Assembly: GCA_903813345.2 (NCBI GenBank)
Contig: CAIIXF020000001.1
Span: forward strand, 20,026,001-20,090,000
DNA from: Owenia fusiformis
Lineage: Eukaryota
Reading direction: 5' to 3'
DNA length: 64,000 nt
Part shown: one piece after another, positions 1-11,895 of the stretch
How the letters are laid out: each line of letters starts with the position of its first letter
Position numbering within the stretch: position 1 is the first letter of the stretch
Notes under the pieces: model-generated
Told to the model about the DNA's origin: nothing
What the model saw: the letters and a program-made list of their open reading frames with translations, nothing else
The model's database searches: none
Position numbers and translations under genes: made by a program

Positions 1-1410
1 TTTTGCAACTGTCACTAAAGAAATCACCTTTTTTGACCAACACTAGAGACATCACTTTTTGCAACTGATACTAGAGAAATCACCTTTTGTGACTGTCACT
101 AAAGAAATCACCTTTTGAGATCAACACTAGGGAAATCACCTTTTGGGACTGTCATTAGAGAAATCATCTTTGACTTTTGTGTCTGACACTCTAGAAATCA
201 CCTTTTGCGACTGTCACTAAAGAAATCACCTTTTGAGACCAACACTAGAGAAATCACCTTTCGGGACTGTCACGAGAGAAATCACCTTTTGTGACCAAAA
301 CTAATCACTTTTTGCATTTTGTGACTGTCACAAGTGAAATCACGTTGTGCAACTGATACTACAGTAATCACCTTTTGCGACTGTCACTAAAGAAATCACC
401 TTTTGCGACCGTTACTTGAGAAATCACATTTTGTGATCAACACAAGATAAATCACCTTTTACGACTGTCACAAGAGAGATCACCTTTCGCGACTGTCACT
501 TGAGAAATTAAATTTTGTTACCAACACGAGAGAAATCCGTTTTTGTGAATGTCACTAAAGAAATCACCTTTTGTGTCTGACACTAGAGAAATCACATTTT
601 GTGACTATCTCTAGAGAAATCCCATTTTGTGACGAACACTAGAGAAATCACCTTTTGCAACTGTCACGAGAGAAACCACCTTTTGTGACCAAAACTTATC
701 ACTTTTTGCGTTTTGTGACTGTCCAGGAGAAATCATGTTTTGCAACTGATACTACAGAAATCACCTTTTGTGACCAAAACTTACAACTTTTTGCGTTTTG
801 TGACTGTCCAGGAGAAATCATGTTTTGCAACTGATACTACAGAAATCACCTTTTGTGAAACACTAGAGAAATCACCTCTTGTGACTGTTACTAGAAAAAT
901 CACCTTTTGTGACCAACACTAGAGAAATCACCTTTTGCAACTGTCACTTGAGAAATCACCTTTTGCGACTGTCACTGGTGAAATCACATTGACCAACACT
1001 AGAGAAATCACCAACTGTCATGAGTGAAATCACCTTTTGTGACTAAAACTAGAGAAATCACATTTTGTGTCCAACACTAAAGAAATCACCTTTTGCGACT
1101 GATACTAGAAAAATCACCTTTTGTGTCCAACACTAGAGAAATCACCTTTTGCGATTCATACTACAGAAATCATCTTTTGCGATAAAATTAGAGAAATCAC
1201 CTTTTGCGACTGACACTAGAGAAATCACCTTTTGTGTCCAACACTCGAGAAATCGCCTTTTTTGTCCATCACTAGAAAAATCACCTTTTGCGACTGATAC
1301 TACAGAAATCATCTTTTGCGATGCAACTAGAGATTTGTGATTGTAAAGGAAATCACCTTTTGAGACCAACACTAGAGAAATCATCTTTTGCAACTGTCAC
1401 TAGAAATCCA
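1..1410. repeat. 28-bp tandem satellite/minisatellite (~50 diverged units; runs off the window start)
   Basis: Recurring unit AGAGAAATCACCTTTTG(T/C)GAC(CAA/TGT)CACT; GAAATC cores at 1193, 1221 and 1249 give a 28-bp period; an 85-bp higher-order duplication lies at 677-761/762-846. Confidence 0.95.
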
Positions 1411-2061
1411 ATGTGACCAAAAGACACTCTACCCATCCTGCAATTTGCTTATTTGTCATGCATTTTCTGAAGAAATTGAAGTCAAGCCAGCCTTTTTTGC
1501 ATGACAGCAGAATATGTCATGCAGATACGCAGAATTTTTCCTTAGAAATTCATAAAGAAATACTCAAAGTGAGGTAGGCTTCTTGAAAAAACTGGAACTT
1601 GTGGAAGTGCAAAAACTTCTCTTCCTGTTTTGATATTGTGTTTTAATTCAAGTTCATAATGAGATGCTTATCATTATTTTAAGAAATATTTTATTGCTTA
1701 CATATACGGCTAAGATCGCCAAAACTCAGTTGGAGAAACAGGAGATTGATATCTTACCTTAATCTACACGAAACTTGGTATTATGAAGCAGAATAGAATA
1801 TGCAGAAAACATTATCCCAAATTATGTGCGCGATTACGTTTGTCTCTAGGTCATTCGCTATAGCGAAAACAGCTGTTTACTTTGGAAATGTTATGCCGTT
1901 TCACGAAAGCTGAGGTACACGAAATCAAGAGTTGCATTCACATGGCTTTCAAATAGTTGTCTTAGTGGCATCTGCAAGTACTTTTGTTTCTCGAAGAAGT
2001 GTTATCATTTTAACACAGGAGTTGAAAATTCCCGGGAAAGTTGTTTCGTTTTGTGTTAAAA

Positions 2062-2118
2062 CCGGAAGTACATAAATTTGGCAAACATATTTGGTTTATT
2101 TATTCAAAATAGGTAGGT
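2062..2118 (+). promoter_or_regulatory. Putative OMA1 promoter ETS/GABP site and candidate 5'-UTR exon donor
   Basis: CCGGAAGT at 2062-2069; AG|GTAGGT donor-like site at 2112/2113; the first coding exon is preceded by a strong acceptor (poly-T CAG, 2988), implying an upstream non-coding exon. Confidence 0.4.
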
Positions 2119-2992
2119 ATTCCAAGATTGTTCAGACTTGATTTGACAATTGAACAATTTCTATGTATGCATTGTACGTTTGAAAGTGAAAACATGAGAA
2201 AAACTTATTATAAGAGTTGATGTATAGGCCTAACTAAAGTAAAAAAATTGTTGAAATAATATTACTGCAGCTGTTCAATGTTTATACATGTAGCAACGGC
2301 ATATATAATGACACATTTGAAGAAAAACAGAGTCGTAATACATGTTTCAATATGTCTTTTTAGTATTTCTTCTATTTTCATCTGGGGCCACACTTCCACC
2401 TGAACTAGATAGTAGATATTGCGCAATAATATACAGGTATATTTCAATAAGCATGCAATGGCGTAGCGTCATACACATAAAAAGCCATGGCGTTCTCTCA
2501 ATATTTAGAGAAATGTTGATTTTTTTGTTGAAATGGCCCACAATTCTCTATCAAAGATTGTTTGCTTTGCTTACTCATGACCCGGGCTCGAGACACCCCC
2601 CCTGACAGAAAACAGAGCTGGCTATGTCCCTATACTATGTACACTTTTGCACCCTTGGGTATACAGTTTTCTTGCAACGAGTCAAAGATTTCAACTTTTG
2701 TTGGCTCACTCTGTCATCTAGGACCTAGGTCTGTCTTGGAATTGGTAATGCATGAGGCAGCAACAATCTAGACACAACTTTCTTTTTCTTTGAGAAATCT
2801 AGTGAGTTTTCCCTAAAAACTGACATGCATGTTCGTGCATTATCTTGTCATTGGTTAATACATCTATTTATCTATTCATGTAAAAATTCATGCACTATAC
2901 AATAAAACCTTATTAGTAAAACAAGTCCTCAAGAGGAACACTTCTCAATGTCCCAATGCGCATTACTTATCATTAACTTTTTTTTCAGAAAA

Positions 2993-5900
2993 ATGACATG
3001 CCTGCATATGTGCATCAGAAATAGACTATTGAAAGCCTCCTCAAACCACCTAAGGCATTATGTTACGCATACAAATTCAGGAAGTATTTACAAACCTTTA
3101 CTCAAGGGAAGTGAAACATATACATTAATTGGACAAGCTACAAGAAATATAACCACATTTCATCATTTCTACAGAGGACTTAAACATTGTAAAGTGCGTA
3201 AAAGTCGCCATTGTGTAGCAGTATCAACTTGCTTTGACTTTCATACAACCCCTCGATATCGTGTGAATCCTGTATTCTGGTTGGCTATTAAACAAGTGGG
3301 GAAATTAGGGGCTATAATAACAGGAAGGTAGGTTATATGTCAATGGTTTATATTGTTTATCACGAGATATATCAAAGCCAGGGATTAGTTTACTGATGGT
3401 ATATTATAGACTCATTCGCTGTATGGAGATATCCACTCATGCATAAAAACGTATCCCTCAAAAATCATTGGATATCCTCTATTTATCTCAAGAAATATCA
3501 GATCCAGAGATAAGTTTGCTGATGGCATATCATACCAAATTTTTAGTCCTCTAGAGCAACATGTAATTTTCTTTTAACCATCATAGAATGTGACAAAATC
3601 CCTGATCAATAGGCTTACTTCATATTGTATTTCCATCAGGAGTCTCAGGAAATATTGGAAGAGGCTACCTAAAGATGATAAGAGGACTGTGATGCAACTG
3701 TTGAGAAATAATCGGAACAAGATCTGGGCAGCTGTTGGAGCTCTTGTATTACTTATGGGCATTAACTATGCAACCCATCTACAAACAACTCCCCTCACCA
3801 ACAGGACTCGCTACATAGCATTCACAGAGGAACAGTTTATGAAGATTGTGCAGTATGAAGCAGATGGAGTATGTCTTTTGCATAAATTAAAGATGTAAAT
3901 TACCATGGACTTCAAAGTTTATGTTCATGTACATGTATATCATTTTAAAGCTATAAAAATGTAGAGCAAAAGATCTAATGAGTAGGGGAAGACACATTTT
4001 CAAAATATTAGCCACAACTCATCATTATACATTGCTGCCTCTTTAAACTATATTGTCCCAGGTAAAACCATATCTGACTCACTTTTCTTTTTTATTTATT
4101 TTAGTATATGGAAACATTTAAGGATAAAATACTTTCCTCAAGGCACCCTGACTATCAACGCGTTGTAAGGGTTGCAAGTAGAATAGTGGAGGGCAATAGG
4201 GACATTGAAAAGATGAAAAATTTGAAATGGACTGTAGTTGTGGTAGACGACCCAGAGAAGAATGCATTTGTTTTGCCTGTGAGTACCAATTACATTTTCA
4301 GAAGGATTCACGGGGGTAAAGCATACCCGATAATGCAATGAGCTTGCTCGGCGGTATCATGACTGTGTAACGGGTCTTAATGTATAAGTGTGCTCGGCGG
4401 TAGGTTCAAACAACGCGGATCCTCAAAGCATGTGCTCATGGTATGTTCGTGTTTTAACACCCGTGAGGATTGTAATCAGTCAATAGATTAGAATCATTCA
4501 ACCAATCAATCAACCATTGATATAATGCTGATCATACATTTTTTTATTCAACATTTCTCATCCATTTCTACAATAGATTATTACAGTGTGCTAAAAATTG
4601 AATATTAGAATTATCGTTTTGTCACATATAGGTCACAGTGTTTATGAAATCAATGTCATATAAGTAAGAATTTAATTTTGAACATAGCTAATTGTTATAA
4701 TTTCTAATTTCACTAAATCTGACAGAAAATTAAGATCAGCACATTTAGATTTTTGTGTTCATGCACCAGACAGAACACAGAGAACATGTATTTTAGACTG
4801 GATATTTATATGAGTTCATGTGTTATATTCTGTTTCTTTGTTTCAGACAGGACATATATTTGTGTTTGTGTGTAACAGAATAAAGTATACATAAACACGT
4901 GTTTATGGATTTCAGACAGATCATGTATTTGTGTTTTTTGTCTCAGTCAGGACATATATTTGTGTTTGTGTGTATCAGACTATACAGTCAAATGGTATAT
5001 ATATGTGTTTGTGGGTTTCAGTCAGAACATGTATTTGTGTTTCTGTGTTTCAGTCAGGACATATATTTGTGTTCAGAGGAATGCTTGAAACATGTCAGAA
5101 TGATGACCAGCTGGGTATTATCTTGGGACATGAAATGGCACATGCTCTCTTGGAACATGGGGTATGTGTGAATCTTAAAATATTTGTTATAGTATAATAT
5201 GTATTGTTGAATTAAAATCTTGAATATATTTCTATTTTGAAAACCTGTCTTAGGGAACACCCTTCTCTAGTGAACACCTGTGTTAAGTGAACAACTCTTC
5301 AAGACACACTCTACATTGACTCCTGTATAAAGTTCCCTCTCTGTAGTGAACACCTACCTCCAGTGACCACTTTTTGTGGCTCCATAGGTGTTCACTATAA
5401 ACAGGTTTCACCAGTAAATCCTGTCTTAGTGAACACCACTTCAAGACACATTTTACATGAACTCCTGTTTAAATTCCCCCTCTGTAGTTATCTACTTTTT
5501 TGTGGCTTAATAGGTGATCACTATATACAGATTGTACTGTGTATGCTTTTCCCTGAGTTTTGAAAAGAACCAAATTAAAATGATAATAGAATTATGTGTA
5601 TTAGAGTGGCTGAAATGTAAATGTATGCCTTTTGAATTTGTTTCAGGCAGAACAAGTGAGCTATGCAAACATATTGGACGTTGTTGTTATATTCATTATG
5701 GCTGGGATCTGGTTCTTTATGCCTACAGATGGGATAGCATTGGTTACACAATGGTTCTACAACAAAGTCATCCATGTAAGTATAAAGTACATGTACTTTA
5801 ACGGTGTGTAACCGTACATAGGGTAGTTGTGGATGTGAATCCTCTTCATACTCACCAAAATGGCTACCTATAAGTTCAAATTTATATGCTGATCCCTAAG

Positions 5901-7556
5901 GGACATTCTGCTCAAAGAAATTTGGATCCTTGAGATGGCCACTGATCTTCAGATGGCTGTCACCTTTCGTAGAAAATGTATTTTTCATACTTTAGTACAA
6001 CTCGATACCTGTTAGCAAATTTAGACATATAGGAATGAATTATACATTTGTTCAAAAAGAGATTTCCAATATGGGTGGTCAGTTCAAAATGGCCACTATT
6101 TTTTTGTGAAAATATAATATTGAAAATTCAAATACCACATGTCAAATTTGGTTAAAATTTTGGAGACAATACTATTATGAGTGTATTGTTCATTGGAATC
6201 TGCTACACTGTGGGAGTTGCTGTTTTTCTTTCTAATTAGAGAGCATGCTTTGTTATTCCAGTTGATGTTTTCACTGCCATTTAGTCGCATGATGGAGACA
6301 GAGGCTGATGAAATAGGACTACAGCTCTGTGCTAAGGTACATATTCCTAACATGAGTAAAGGCATTTGAATTAATAATTTAATTAATTGCATTTGGCCTT
6401 TAATCTTTCACCTGAAAAATTGAAGGTGTCTTTCTCATATGACTTACAAAGATACAGCCATCTTTACCCCATGCAAGATATATCCAGTTTGAAATTCCAT
6501 TATTCAAGCCTCCTTTGATGAAAGTCTAAAAAGTTTGCAGAGAAAAGGTTTGGAGAAAATATCAAATTCTGGATTAATTTTAACCCTAGTCTTTCATAAA
6601 ATCTCTGCCCAACCTCTTTCCAACAGAGCAAGTGATATAAATGATTTGAACAAAGGGACTTGAAACAATATTTTCGTATTCTTCTTCCAGGCATGCATGG
6701 ATGTACGAGAAAGCCCAGCCTTTTGGCGATTGATGCACATGCTCCAGACTGCAAAGAACAAAACAGAGGAGAGTGGAGTCACTGAGTTGGCTCTTGATGT
6801 CCCCCAGCTCCTTTCAACCCATCCTTCACATGCTACTAGGGCAGACAACCTCAATGACCTTGTACCTCAGGTAAGCAACAGGGTGTAACATAAGCGAGGT
6901 ACCAGGTGATGCAATACTTAGAATGGGTAATAAATTGCTCTACAGAGTTGACAGTCTGCATCCTTACAAAATATCAGTCTGATTTAATTAAATTGAAAGC
7001 CTGTGATTTCATTGACTGAATTAAATGACACTCCTTTACTTGGTACATTTTTCACACCCTGTACCCACCCTGTTAAATGTACCCACCTTAGTGTCTCCTT
7101 GCTTCAGCAAGCAGGAAAACTTGAAAAATATCCACCTTGAAGAGATCATAGTACTCTAATTATCTACTATGCTCCACATATGGATCAAAAATCTAAAAGT
7201 CTGCTCATGGAATCTAAATCTACACTTCACCTCTTTTATAATGTCAATCCATTATTAATTTTTTTTCACAAGCAAATCAAGGTATAACAAGGACAAGCAA
7301 AGAATCAAGTAATTGCCTATGCTATACTATACAGCAACACTTCATTTCATATGCATCTTTATACTTGCAGGCTATTAAACTTCGAGCTGATTGCAATTGC
7401 CCAAGGCTGCCAACTGCTGACCCCAGAGATGCAATACAAAAGCTGGAAGCCAGTATGGAACACGCTATCAAAAATAAACAGTTGCAGAAATTGGGAATGG
7501 CTATCAAATCTGATGTTGTTAAACCTTTTAATCAATCTGCAGTGTCAACATCCTAA
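2993..7556 (+). CDS. OMA1: Mitochondrial inner-membrane metalloendopeptidase OMA1 (peptidase M48), 8 coding exons, ~471 aa
   Basis: Exons 2993-3327, 3640-3868, 4105-4278, 5054-5161, 5647-5775, 6262-6336, 6691-6870, 7371-7556; all GT-AG with consistent phases. Motifs NAFVLP-SGHIFVF, GHEMAH (HExxH), SRMMETEAD (third Zn ligand), LSTHPSH and C-terminal CNCP..DPR; basic N-terminal presequence and a TM segment. Confidence 0.95.
4309..4465. mobile_element. Small MITE in OMA1 intron, 6-bp TSD
   Basis: Termini CACGGG...CCCGTG, flanked by AGGATT at 4303-4308 and 4466-4471; internal TGCTCGGCGGT repeats. Confidence 0.6.
4791..5075 (+). repeat. Tandem ~32-bp repeat made of the OMA1 exon-4 acceptor plus its first codons
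   Basis: Degenerate copies of TTTCAG|TCAGGACATATATTTGTGTTT start near 4791, 4841, 4910, 4941, 4982, 5016 and 5048; the last is the true exon start. Confidence 0.85.
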
Positions 7557-7772
7557 ACCTTGAAAGCATGTTTTTGAATCCAATAAGTTTGCGTTGAAAG
7601 ATAACCTATAAGTTATTTGAGGATGGAACTGCTCAACTGGAATAATTTTAGTGATATGTAGTTTCAGAAGTAGGGGTTCCTACAGACTGAAATTCAGGGA
7701 ATTATTTTTCTAGCATCTAGAAATGTCAGGGAAGTTAGTTCAAAAAGGGCCTAAAATATTGGAGCTTATGCA

Positions 7773-8520
7773 AACTAGATAACGGCAACTCTGCGGAGTA
7801 GCAAATCCCAACGAACAAAATATCAATTACCGAATTCCAATCAATTATACTCATTACTTTGGTTGAAAATGAAAAAATTAGATTTTAGAATTGCGAATTC
7901 CTGCAAAGCAGCCATTTTGAATTTTCTGAGGTACAAATCTGAAAAATAATACCATAATTGTGATCTACTCCAAAATTCCTTCAATTTGAGTATAATATAG
8001 CCATACTTTGAAGGGATCGAAAAATTATTGCGAAATCGTACATTAGACGGCCATTTTGAATTTTACAAGGCTCCAATCAGAAAAAAGATACAATATTTGC
8101 AATCTACTCTTAATTGCCTTTCATTTGAGTATAATAAAGCTATACTTCAGAAAGATTTCTGTTTTCCTGTCCCCCCATACATGGCCCCTGGGGGTCAGGA
8201 TGAAAAACACGGAATATATGTGAAATAGATAAATGTTGTGAATACACTACCAAAATTTCAAACAATAATATTAATTACTTTGGTTTAGAATGAAAAATTC
8301 CGTCATTTTTAAAGCGGCGGCCATCTTGAAAAAATTTTTTTTGCCTAAAACTATTCACCAATATACATCTTTCCACTAAATATGAAGAAAATCTGTCAAC
8401 TAGTATTTGAGTTATCTTCCGGACAGACGGACGGACTGACTGACTGACAGACTGACGGACAGACGGACGGACGGAGGGCTTCACTATATCCCTAACGAAC
8501 TTCGTTCGTTGGGATAAAAA
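7773..8520 (+). mobile_element. HINE/pearl-like non-autonomous Helentron-type element just downstream of the OMA1 stop codon
   Basis: AACTAGA start; subterminal IR ATCCCAACGAAC (7805-7816) / GTTCGTTGGGAT (8504-8515); 3' hairpin partner 8488-8500; (GACG/GACT/GACA)n microsatellite at ~8421-8475. Confidence 0.8.
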
Positions 8521-8766
8521 TAAAATGGTTCAAGAGAATTTAGGTAGCCAAAAATTTACAAAAAAGCATGTTTATAATATAAAGTTATCAACTAGATACA
8601 TGGACTGTATCTTTATCTTTTAATCTGCAAGGGGTATTGGGGTTTTAGAGAATACACCTTGCTAAAATCACTGAAAGATGAACACATATTCACCTCAACA
8701 GATTGAAATATTTTTACAGTACTATTTTATAATGTTGCCATAGTATTATTTTGTGAAATACTTGTA

Positions 8767-9741
8767 CAGTAAAACCTGCAAACATGGAACGCTCTCCAGA
8801 CTGGCCAAAACTATGTTCCATATAGAGAGTAATTAACAGTGGGTAGGTTGGCTTATCCTAATCTCATTTATATTAAGCTAAGCTCCTTAGGATCAGATAT
8901 TGGCTTAAGCAATTCACACCTCTGAAAAACAATAGGATGTACAGTGTAACCAATTTTAGTGAACAGGTGGATTTTCAAGATTTGCCCCAAAACAGTGTTT
9001 TCCATACAGAGAGGGTCTGTTAACATGTACGTCAGTGTTAAAATCAGGCGTGTAGCCAGGCATACGTGAGGGTAGGCAGTTGCGTACCCCAAATGATGGA
9101 GCAAAAAATAAATTGTTGTAACAAATAAAAAAAGTACAGCAAAAAATAATGTAATTAGAGGTTATGTCACTATCGTAGCATTTATGCCTGAGGGTTTCAG
9201 TGATATATGGCCCGACCTTAGTCTGGTGCAACTATGTGCAACTATAGTGACATAAACGATTTATAACATAACTATGATGATCTAGTCTGCTCAGAGAGTA
9301 CCGTTTTCTTATCTAATTGACTAGTAATGGTTCGGAAATGATGATTTATTCCCATGTTTGTATCTTACGAATGTACGAGTCAATTTGACCTAGGCCTCAT
9401 GTATGACGTAGTCCCAGCGCTTGACCAATCAGAAAGTTAGTGGGCGCGGGCTTTTCAAAAGTTATATTGGCCCGCTGTCTTGTGAACAGCTTACACTATA
9501 CACCATCACAGGTATGTTATAAACAATAAATAGTGCCCAATCATAAAGTCTGATATCGCTCAGAACACACCATTTAAGGTCTAAAATCAAAGATTTTTCC
9601 CTGGACTCCCCCCAAGTTTTGCTTGGCCTTCAACCTCGCGTACCTGCTATCAAAATCCTGGTTACGCAGCTCAAAATATTTGGTTCTTTTGAAAACTGTT
9701 CGTTGTTGACAGATGGGTGTTCCATCGGGCAGGTTTTACTC
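8767..9741. mobile_element. Nested MITE cluster: TA-flanked pogo/Tc1-like MITE containing a CAG-ended element (9045-9672), which contains a hairpin element (9160-9530)
   Basis: TA|CAGTAAAACCTG ... CAGGTTTTACTC|TA; inner CAGGCGTGTAGCCAGG / CCTGGTTACGCAGCTC flanked by AAAAT; innermost IR pairs 9162-9180/9237-9255 and 9261-9282/9501-9522. Confidence 0.6.
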
Positions 9742-11549
9742 TACAATTAAAAATTGAGAATTGTCTCTCACTGGTATAATTTATTACATGTACATAAAAT
9801 TATAGCAATGCGATTACCTACATTACGTAGGATATTATAGTATTACTTTATTTCATATCATAGGATATAACATCATGTCTTAACAATCCTTTAAGAGATT
9901 GAATTAATTGTTGCAGTTTGTAACCATAATAATAGTTTCTGTTTTTGATTTGATTTTACTAATACAGTGTATATGTAATTGAAACACTCAGCTGGTTCTG
10001 ATGTGATTAGAGTGGCAGCTATAGTAACTTTTTAGTAGGTATGCATATTTACTGATTTCTGTGTGAAGTTGCAACTGTTGAAAATGTGATAACTCCATGC
10101 TTATCAGAATGATCAAGGGAATAAAAATATTGAAAGTATATGTATACTGTAGTTTGTTTGGAAATGATTTTTTAATGCCCACATATTATACAGTCAATAC
10201 CGTCGTTGGTCATGTTGGGATGATTTTGTGATATGGTGAACTAAATTCAACATTGTATTTTTCTCTTGAACAAGTTATTGAAAACAATCTGTAAAAAACA
10301 CATGCTGTACATAATGGTAACCAATTTACAACAATTTAAGGTGAAAATTATCTATAAGTATTTTATAAAATTGTTTTTAGTGAACAATTTTTTTTAGTTC
10401 TGTGTTTTGTTGTTTTCTACCAATTCTTGAGAATGAAATAGAATGTCTATCTGAACCCTGTTCAATTTAGTTCACCATATCGCTACCAATCCTTTGGGGT
10501 CAATCATTGGCTCAGTAGAGTTTGATGTGCAAGAAGGTGTTTTAACATCAATATGGGAAGTGTTTGATTGCATATTCTGCTCACCTTTTATTCTATCTTA
10601 CTGGGATAGATCTGCATCTATGTGTTATAAGCAGCCTCTTTTTCAAAACTTGGAATCAATGTTTTTCATGATTATTCCTTGCTTTTTCCAAGAGTAAATT
10701 GGAATGATTCTTCACACAAATGTTTTGTAATGAGAGAATTTAGTGACAGTGAAACACCAATACAGGGTGACACAAAACGGTAACTCTCTACATTGCATAT
10801 AGACACTGAATAGTTTTCTCAATGGAATATTAACAAATGTTCTTACCAAAATAGAATGTTCAATGTGTGAAACATTGTGAAAAATTAGGTTTTTCATTTC
10901 AGCTCACATAAGCCAAATCTCTCAAAATGCAAGTTTAGAAATCTAGCTTTAATTGTCAATTTACCAAATAAAAATGTCAGTCCATCATCATAAATGACAA
11001 AACTTATTCATAACAAGCGCTACGTTCTATCCAGTGGGTTCATACGACAAACTTGAGACCCTAGTAATATGTGGTGTAATAATATGTGACCAAAACCCCA
11101 TATTCAGAAAACAATAATTTTAACATTTATAGATGCTTTTGAATGAGAGCATATGCTTAGAACGAAAAACATGATTTCTCTAAATTCTGTCATTAATGAG
11201 AAAGTCGTTATAAAATTAGATCATTTTACCATGTATTTACAGAAAGTCTCTTATTCAAAAAAGACAAAATGGAAAATCAGGAGAAATGCCAAAATGCCCC
11301 AAAAAATCCCCAGAGCCTAGAAGATTTCTATTTATATTATGAGTTGACAGGTGGAGAAGTATTTATACATGTATTATGCCTTCTGAAAGAGCTGTTTAAT
11401 CACTTCTGAGAACATCCAAGTTAGCAAGATTTAGAAGCACATGTAACTCCTCCCTAGGATATTTTGTGGTCTTGCACCTGGTGCCTCTCTGTTTATCAAA
11501 ATAACCCCCACTGAAGATATAGATTTCAAACACATTGACATAACCACTA

Positions 11550-11895
11550 TTCCACACCTTGATGACTCTAACTGCAGTTAGTATCATTCAAGATGGTGGC
11601 CAAAATTCTTTCGTTTTCAATAAACCAACGATTTCAACTAAACTAAGTTGAATCTGGAATGACACGTCATCATCAAGTTCAGTAAGAGTCATTCTAAGTG
11701 AGGCCGTTTTCTTTAAACTCCAATATTGCGGGTGTTTGAACATTTTCTTGTGACTGTTCACAAACCTAACTTTATTAGTTTGCATGGGGAAACATTTGGA
11801 ATCCACATTCAACTTAGTTAAGCTGAAATCGTTGGTTTATCGAAAACAAAAGAATTTTGGCCACCATCTTGAATGATACTAACTGTAGTTAGAGT
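11550..11895. mobile_element. Long-TIR MITE whose right arm is interrupted by a LINE (arm resumes at ~13761-13778)
   Basis: Arm 11550-11658 is the reverse complement of 11802-11895; the missing outer part (AGTCATC....TGTGGAA) is found at 13761-13778. Confidence 0.8.

Noticed and set aside
1..1410. CRISPR-like array of ~28-bp repeats, and ORFs 740-922, 1142-1393 and 1149-1340
   Set aside because: Units are contiguous with no unique spacers, there are no cas genes and the context is eukaryotic; the ORFs are translations of the satellite.
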